The notes beneath the pieces were generated by a model, which was given only the letters and a program-made list of their open reading frames with translations, did not search any database and was not told where the DNA came from. A stretch of 64,000 bases of DNA from Anaerolineae bacterium. GTDB lineage: Bacteria > Chloroflexota > Anaerolineae > Aggregatilineales > UBA3940. Each line of letters starts with the position of its first letter. Position 1 is the first letter of the stretch. The stretch is from NCBI GenBank assembly GCA_050288085.1, contig JBNKDD010000002.1, forward strand, positions 1,603 to 65,602. Direction: 5' to 3'. Shown in pieces: positions 59,077 to 64,000 of this stretch. The position numbers and the translations under genes were made by a program.

Positions 59077-61089
59077 CTATTTACCCGGCTCGCCGTACAG
59101 AGCTTCACGCTTGTCGGCCAGGGACATTTCTTCAAGTTCTAACATCCGGGCATCGCCGCTTCGACCGTAGCGATTCGGGTCGTACTCCGGCAGACCCAGC
59201 GCGGCCCGCTTCTTATCGATATGTTCGAGTGTAGCACGGATCACTTCATCGGGATCGTTGATGAACTCTAACTTACCACCGTAGAGTTCTTCCCAACCCT
59301 CGCTAATATACTGTTCAACAAGGGTGCTGTTTGACACCCGATCCGGCATACCGCCAACCGGGTTCGATCCGCTCATGATCACGTAAGCACCGGAGGCCAC
59401 GCAGTAAGTAGCAATCGACAGCGCTTTTTCGCTCATCCACTCAGGAGCCAGACCAACAGCAGGCACCTGATCGATATCATCTCCCAGACCACCCTCTTCG
59501 ACCACCTGAGTCAACACCGTCAGGATACGGGTGTTGTCTACACAAGAGCCCATATGCAGCACCGGCGGGATACCAACCGTCTCACAAATTTCACGCAGAC
59601 CAGGTCCAACCTTATCCAACCCGGCCTCGCCCAACAGGAAGCCCATCTTAGCAGTAGCAATGGCGCTGCAGCCAGTTTCGACTACCAGCACGTCCTGCTT
59701 GAGCAGTTCCTGGGTGATATAGGTGTGATAGGCATCATGCTGGATTCGGGGGTTGGTGCAGCCGACAATCGCCGCCACGCCACGAATACGCCCGGACATC
59801 ACCGCATCATTCAAAGGACGGAATGATGCACGATATGAACCACCCAGCATGTAGTTAATGTATTCATGTGAGAAGCCGGGGATCAAGTCGGTCCGGTAAT
59901 CGGGGATCTGGGTTTCGCCGCGATTCTTGTAGTTGTCGATGGCCTCTTTCAGAATCTCCTTGGCAATGGTCAGGGCCTTGTGCTCATCAAACTCGATGTG
60001 AGTCGCGCCCTTAATTTTGACCTTCGGCGAGGTGGTGATGATCTTCGTGTGGAAGTTCTCGGCCAGGCCAACCAGTGCTTGCATAATGCATTGCACGTCA
60101 ACGACCATCGCGTCAACCGCACCAGTCAAGATAGCGAGTTCTTGCTGTAAGAAGTTTCCAGCAGCCGGGATACCCTGACGCATCAGGATTTCGTTCGCCG
60201 TGCAGCAAATACCGGACAGGTTAACGCCATCTGATCCGGCAGCTCTGGCATACTCGATAATCTCCGGGTCCTGTGAGGCCGCCACGATCATCTGGCTGAG
60301 GGTTGGCTCGTGACCATGCACTACTACGTTGACCATATTGTCTTTCAAAACGCCCAGGTTGGCCTGCCCCAGGATCGGGGCCGGTGTGCCAAACAGGATG
60401 TCTGAAATGTCGGTTGCAATCAGGCTTCCGCCCCACCCATCACTCAGTGATGCGCGAACGGCGTGGTGCAGGATATGCTCGGCTTCCTGGTCATCGCCGA
60501 TATGGGTGCGGTGCAGCGCTTCAACCACTTCACGATCTATCCCACGCGGAATCACACCAAGCTCTTCCCACAGCTTCTGGCGTTTTTCTGGTGCACGGGT
60601 AACCGGGACAAGCGTGCCGCGCTGCTGCCCAAACTGTGCAATGTACAGGTCAGCCAGATCGTTAGCGATCTCCTCAGGAGAGCGTCCTTCAATCGGGATA
60701 TCGTAATAGGATGCAACCGTACGCAGCTTGGCAACATCGCGGATCATGTAGCCCTCGGCCTCGCCGTTAGCAACAGCCTTAAGTGTAAAGGCCATATCAC
60801 GCCCGTGGTCGGAGTGAGCCGACGCACCGGCAGCAATGGAGCGGATCAGGTTACGGGCCTGGATCGTGTCAATCGTTGCCCCGCAGATACCGGTTGAGCC
60901 ATCCTTGGTCAGACGGCAGGGGCCCATCCCACATAACTTACAGCACATACCCGCCGATCCGATATTGCACGGGGCCATATCATCGGCCCGGCTGAATGCG
61001 GTACCAATGCCTAACTCGTCCGCGCGGATCAGCATCTCCTGTGCTGCCGGGTCAACACTTTGCTCTTGTGGTGTTCGTTTCTTTGCCAT
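59077..61089 (-). CDS. cooS: Anaerobic Ni-CO dehydrogenase catalytic subunit CooS/AcsA
   Basis: C-x7-CCKLCGMGPC (D/B clusters), HSDH, HGHEP, ICCTANE, VDVQC, VGC, GSCVDN, EWMSEKA. Confidence 0.97.
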   Translation of the reverse strand: MAKKRTPQEQSVDPAAQEMLIRADELGIGTAFSRADDMAPCNIGSAGMCCKLCGMGPCRLTKDGSTGICGATIDTIQARNLIRSIAAGASAHSDHGRDMAFTLKAVANGEAEGYMIRDVAKLRTVASYYDIPIEGRSPEEIANDLADLYIAQFGQQRGTLVPVTRAPEKRQKLWEELGVIPRGIDREVVEALHRTHIGDDQEAEHILHHAVRASLSDGWGGSLIATDISDILFGTPAPILGQANLGVLKDNMVNVVVHGHEPTLSQMIVAASQDPEIIEYARAAGSDGVNLSGICCTANEILMRQGIPAAGNFLQQELAILTGAVDAMVVDVQCIMQALVGLAENFHTKIITTSPKVKIKGATHIEFDEHKALTIAKEILKEAIDNYKNRGETQIPDYRTDLIPGFSHEYINYMLGGSYRASFRPLNDAVMSGRIRGVAAIVGCTNPRIQHDAYHTYITQELLKQDVLVVETGCSAIATAKMGFLLGEAGLDKVGPGLREICETVGIPPVLHMGSCVDNTRILTVLTQVVEEGGLGDDIDQVPAVGLAPEWMSEKALSIATYCVASGAYVIMSGSNPVGGMPDRVSNSTLVEQYISEGWEELYGGKLEFINDPDEVIRATLEHIDKKRAALGLPEYDPNRYGRSGDARMLELEEMSLADKREALYGEPGK

Positions 61090-61120
61090 AATGATGAATC
61101 TCCTGTGGTCGGAAAAACCC

Positions 61121-61516
61121 CTAATCGTCTATCGTTTGAACAGGTCCCATGCCAGGGCACGGCCACAGCGGACGCCCGGCAAAGGCAACACTATGTGCGA
61201 AACTCACGACGTTGCCGGTGTGCTCATAAGCAGCACTATGGCGGAAGAAGGCCTTCTCGCCATTTAGCTCATTGACAGGTGTCCCGGTTTCAACATCCAT
61301 CAAAAATTCACCGAGATAGCCTGCCTCATCAAGTTTAGCCTTGATCGCATCTTCACTGACCTGAGCCGGATCGTAAGTGATCTCGGCTGCATGAAAGCTG
61401 CTGCTGGCATACACATCCTCAACGCCGGCTATCTCTAATAGAATACGGCGAACTTCAAGTACATGGTGATCGCCATACATAGTTGGGAGGTCTAGACTTA
61501 GAGTCTCCATTTTCAC
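61121..61516 (-). CDS. Heavy-metal-associated (HMA)-fold protein with MYGDHH motif
   Basis: LDLPTMYGDHHVLEVRRIL..GVEDV..ITYDP..I..KLDEAGY matches the HMA pattern; C-terminal WPCPGMG. Confidence 0.8.
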   Translation of the reverse strand: MKMETLSLDLPTMYGDHHVLEVRRILLEIAGVEDVYASSSFHAAEITYDPAQVSEDAIKAKLDEAGYLGEFLMDVETGTPVNELNGEKAFFRHSAAYEHTGNVVSFAHSVAFAGRPLWPCPGMGPVQTIDD

Positions 61517-61791
61517 CTACCTTTTCTAGTTCTATAGGTCAAAAAAAACACAACTCGTGCGAGACTGCCTTGCCATAGGATGCATGGCTACTAGGTTGTA
61601 AAAGGGTGATGTTTGAGGAATTACTGGCTGTCAGCAGAAAACGCACGTTTTTCTTTGTCAAAAACAAAAAGGGTCGTCTAGTAAATAAGTCTAGAGTATT
61701 GTCAGGTGAATTTGCAGTACCGGTCGTCACGACTCGGATGGTAATTTGTCATACAAAGATTGTGAATTCTATAACTATCTTTTACCTCTAC

Positions 61792-61820
61792 TTGCACCTT
61801 GAACCATAGGTTCATATAAT
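61792..61820 (+). promoter_or_regulatory. Promoter of the tetR-ABC operon with a palindromic operator in the spacer
   Basis: TTGCAC-17 nt-TATAAT; TGAACC-ATA-GGTTCA at 61800-61814. Confidence 0.72.
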
Positions 61821-61842
61821 ATATTTAAGAGGTTCACAATAA

Positions 61843-62538
61843 ATGAATTTATCCGATTGGACACAGATACATATCCACATTCTTCAGTTGGAACAAGAAG
61901 GGCGCGTAACCCGCACATTCAGGCGGCTCGATCCAAACCGCCAGCAAGTAATACTCGCGGCAATCCTGGATGAGGCTATTGAAAAAGGGCCAACTGCATT
62001 GAATATCAAGCAGGTTGCCAAACGGGCCGACGTTTCAGTTGGTTCACTTTATACCTACTTTTCAAACCGGGATGGCCTGCTGGAATTTACTATCGAGTTA
62101 TGTACCCGGTACATCGTAGACGAATTTGACCGCTATCGCTCCATGTTGGCAGCCATGCCGCTCCGGGATGCGTTGGAGGCTTATCTAACCGGCGGCGTGG
62201 AATGGAGCCAGACCCAGGTTGGCTTGATACAGTTTTTTATGAAAGCAGCTTACCAGGGTGATCCCGCTTTACAAGAACGCCTGGTTCGCCCGGTGGCCGA
62301 TACCATGCGGGAGATGGTGCACGAGATTCTTGCCCAGGCTGCCGAGCGGGGCGAAATTCGCAGCGACGTTGACCTGGATGCCTCCACCCGGTTAATTCAT
62401 GCCCTGATGATCGCCGTCGGCGACAGCCAACTGCTGCCCTACCTGAACACCTATTTCCAGGTAAGCAGCGATGAGATCGCACCGGAGCGCATGATGGCCG
62501 CACTTCTGGACTTTATTCTGAATGGAATAGGAACGTGA
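61843..62538 (+). CDS. TetR/AcrR family transcriptional regulator
   Basis: IKQVAKRADVSVGSLYTYFSNRDGL HTH; GEIRSDVD. Confidence 0.92.
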   Translation: MNLSDWTQIHIHILQLEQEGRVTRTFRRLDPNRQQVILAAILDEAIEKGPTALNIKQVAKRADVSVGSLYTYFSNRDGLLEFTIELCTRYIVDEFDRYRSMLAAMPLRDALEAYLTGGVEWSQTQVGLIQFFMKAAYQGDPALQERLVRPVADTMREMVHEILAQAAERGEIRSDVDLDASTRLIHALMIAVGDSQLLPYLNTYFQVSSDEIAPERMMAALLDFILNGIGT

Positions 62539-63689
62539 AAATACTAAGCATCGCACGTAAAACACTATTGGAATTGATCAGGGAGCCGCTCTTATTGGGA
62601 TTGCTGATCGGCTTTCCAATCGCCTTGATCGGTTTCTACTACATTGCATTCGGGCAAACCGATCAGGGGTTGGCAACCTATCTGACCGTGCTGGTGATCA
62701 ACGAGGATCAGGGCGCATCACTGGATGGAAGGCAGTGGCAGGCGGGAGATGATCTGGTCGATACAATCCAGGCTGCCGAATTCCAGGGGCAGCCCATATT
62801 TAACGTCAAAGCGGCGGCGGATCGCCGTACCGCCGAGATAACCCTGCGTGAGCACAAAACCGCCCTCCTGATCATCATCCCACCCGATTTCACGGAGCGC
62901 ATTGCAACGGAGGACACGACACTCAAGTTGGTCGGCGATCCCAACTCAGGGGACTTTGTCTTTGCCCGCAGTTTCCTCGACGAGATCGTGCGCCAGTTCG
63001 ACCGCGAGATAACCGGGCAGGACATTAAGCTGTCTATCACTTACGATTTCCTACCCGGCACGGGCACCATGTCGGACTTTGACTTTGGGGTGGGGGGCAT
63101 CATTGTATTTGCCATCATGTTCCTGATCATCGCCACCGCCCAGATCATGGTTCGGGAGAATGTCAGCGGCACGCTCCGCCGCCTGAGATTAACCCGCGCC
63201 GGTTCAGCCGATTTACTGATCGGTGTCACCCTCGCCCTGATGATTGTGGCTGCGGTGGTCATCCCGCTGACCTATGGTTCAGCCGTCGCCCTGGGATTCC
63301 GTAGTAATGGATCATTATTATTAGCAATCGGGATCGGGTTGATGCTAACCCTATCAGCGATTGGAACCGGGCTGATTGTCGCCTGTTTCGCCCGCAACGA
63401 TGGCGATGCCGCTAACCTCGGATCAGGCGCAATGGTTCCCCTGGTCTTTCTTTCCGGGGCTCTGTTCCCTATGCCGAAAGCCGTTCTGACCACCATCGCG
63501 GGGCAGGAGATCGAAATCTACGACTTGCTCCCAACCACCCACGCAACCGAGGCCATGCGGCGTGTCCTGATCTTCGGTGAGGGGATCAGGGATATTAGCT
63601 ATGAATTGGGCGGTATGACCATCCTGTCGATATTGATCCTGGCAGCCGGAGTGATCCTGTACCGGCGTTTGAAGATGCGAAAAGAATAA
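62535..63689 (+). CDS. ABC-2 type exporter permease
   Basis: N-terminal TM, extracellular loop, ENVSGTLRRL, FLSGALFP, LPTTHA. Confidence 0.9.
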   Translation: MKILSIARKTLLELIREPLLLGLLIGFPIALIGFYYIAFGQTDQGLATYLTVLVINEDQGASLDGRQWQAGDDLVDTIQAAEFQGQPIFNVKAAADRRTAEITLREHKTALLIIIPPDFTERIATEDTTLKLVGDPNSGDFVFARSFLDEIVRQFDREITGQDIKLSITYDFLPGTGTMSDFDFGVGGIIVFAIMFLIIATAQIMVRENVSGTLRRLRLTRAGSADLLIGVTLALMIVAAVVIPLTYGSAVALGFRSNGSLLLAIGIGLMLTLSAIGTGLIVACFARNDGDAANLGSGAMVPLVFLSGALFPMPKAVLTTIAGQEIEIYDLLPTTHATEAMRRVLIFGEGIRDISYELGGMTILSILILAAGVILYRRLKMRKE

Positions 63690-63700
63690 CGGAGAGAACG

Positions 63701-64000
63701 ATGCACACTGTGGTGCTTAAAACGGAAGGCCTGACCAAGCGCTATGGCGATCTGGTCGCCGTCAACAACCTGACATTAGAAGTTCACGAAGGCGAGGTAT
63801 TCGGTTTCCTGGGGCCAAACGGGGCAGGTAAAACCACCTCGATCAACATGATGTGCGGTTTGCTCAAACCGGATGCGGGAACGGTCACCGTCCGGGGGGA
63901 GCGGATCGACAACAGTTCCGCCGACGTGCGGGCACGGGTCGGAGTCTGCCCACAGGATATTGTATTGTGGGAAAGGCTGACCTGCCTTGAGCAGTTACAA
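63701..64000 (+). CDS. ABC transporter ATP-binding protein, partial
   Basis: MHTVVLKTEGLTKRYGDLVAV..FGFLGPNGAGKTT (Walker A); runs off the window end. Confidence 0.92.
   Translation, partial: MHTVVLKTEGLTKRYGDLVAVNNLTLEVHEGEVFGFLGPNGAGKTTSINMMCGLLKPDAGTVTVRGERIDNSSADVRARVGVCPQDIVLWERLTCLEQLQ

Noticed and set aside
61560-61580. Sigma-54-like TGGCA upstream of the HMA gene on the minus strand
   Set aside because: No TTGC at the correct -12 spacing.

Overview
This 64 kb window is gene-dense bacterial chromosome, most consistent with an anaerobic Chloroflexota (Anaerolineae-like) genome; that assignment is inferred from gene content and protein style, not measured. The first 47 kb is mostly housekeeping: an LCP protein, rimO, RodZ-like, rplI, clpC, dnaX-ybaB-recR, tsaB-rimI, T-box-controlled pheST, recN and nadK, plus envelope and glycosylation genes. 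The minus strand at 47.4-61.5 kb carries a Wood-Ljungdahl carbonyl-branch and methyl-transfer cluster: cooS-acsB-acsD-acsC-RACo-acsE-metVF-cooC-acsF. It has unusual add-ons: an HMA-fold protein with MYGDHH in place of MxCxxC, a stand-alone CBS protein, a MetV-domain/MetF fusion and a possible CxxC small ORF. The ORF track truncates an Rdx/SelW-type selenoprotein (CxxU, in-frame TGA plus a SECIS-like hairpin) at 38969-39217. Other signals are GTAG-type REP-like palindromes, LexA-like boxes near the recR and recN operons, a tandem gene duplication whose breakpoint lies in the recR 3' end, and a TetR operator. No CRISPR array, rRNA, tRNA or transposase was seen. All calls come from reading motifs by eye; no searches were run.
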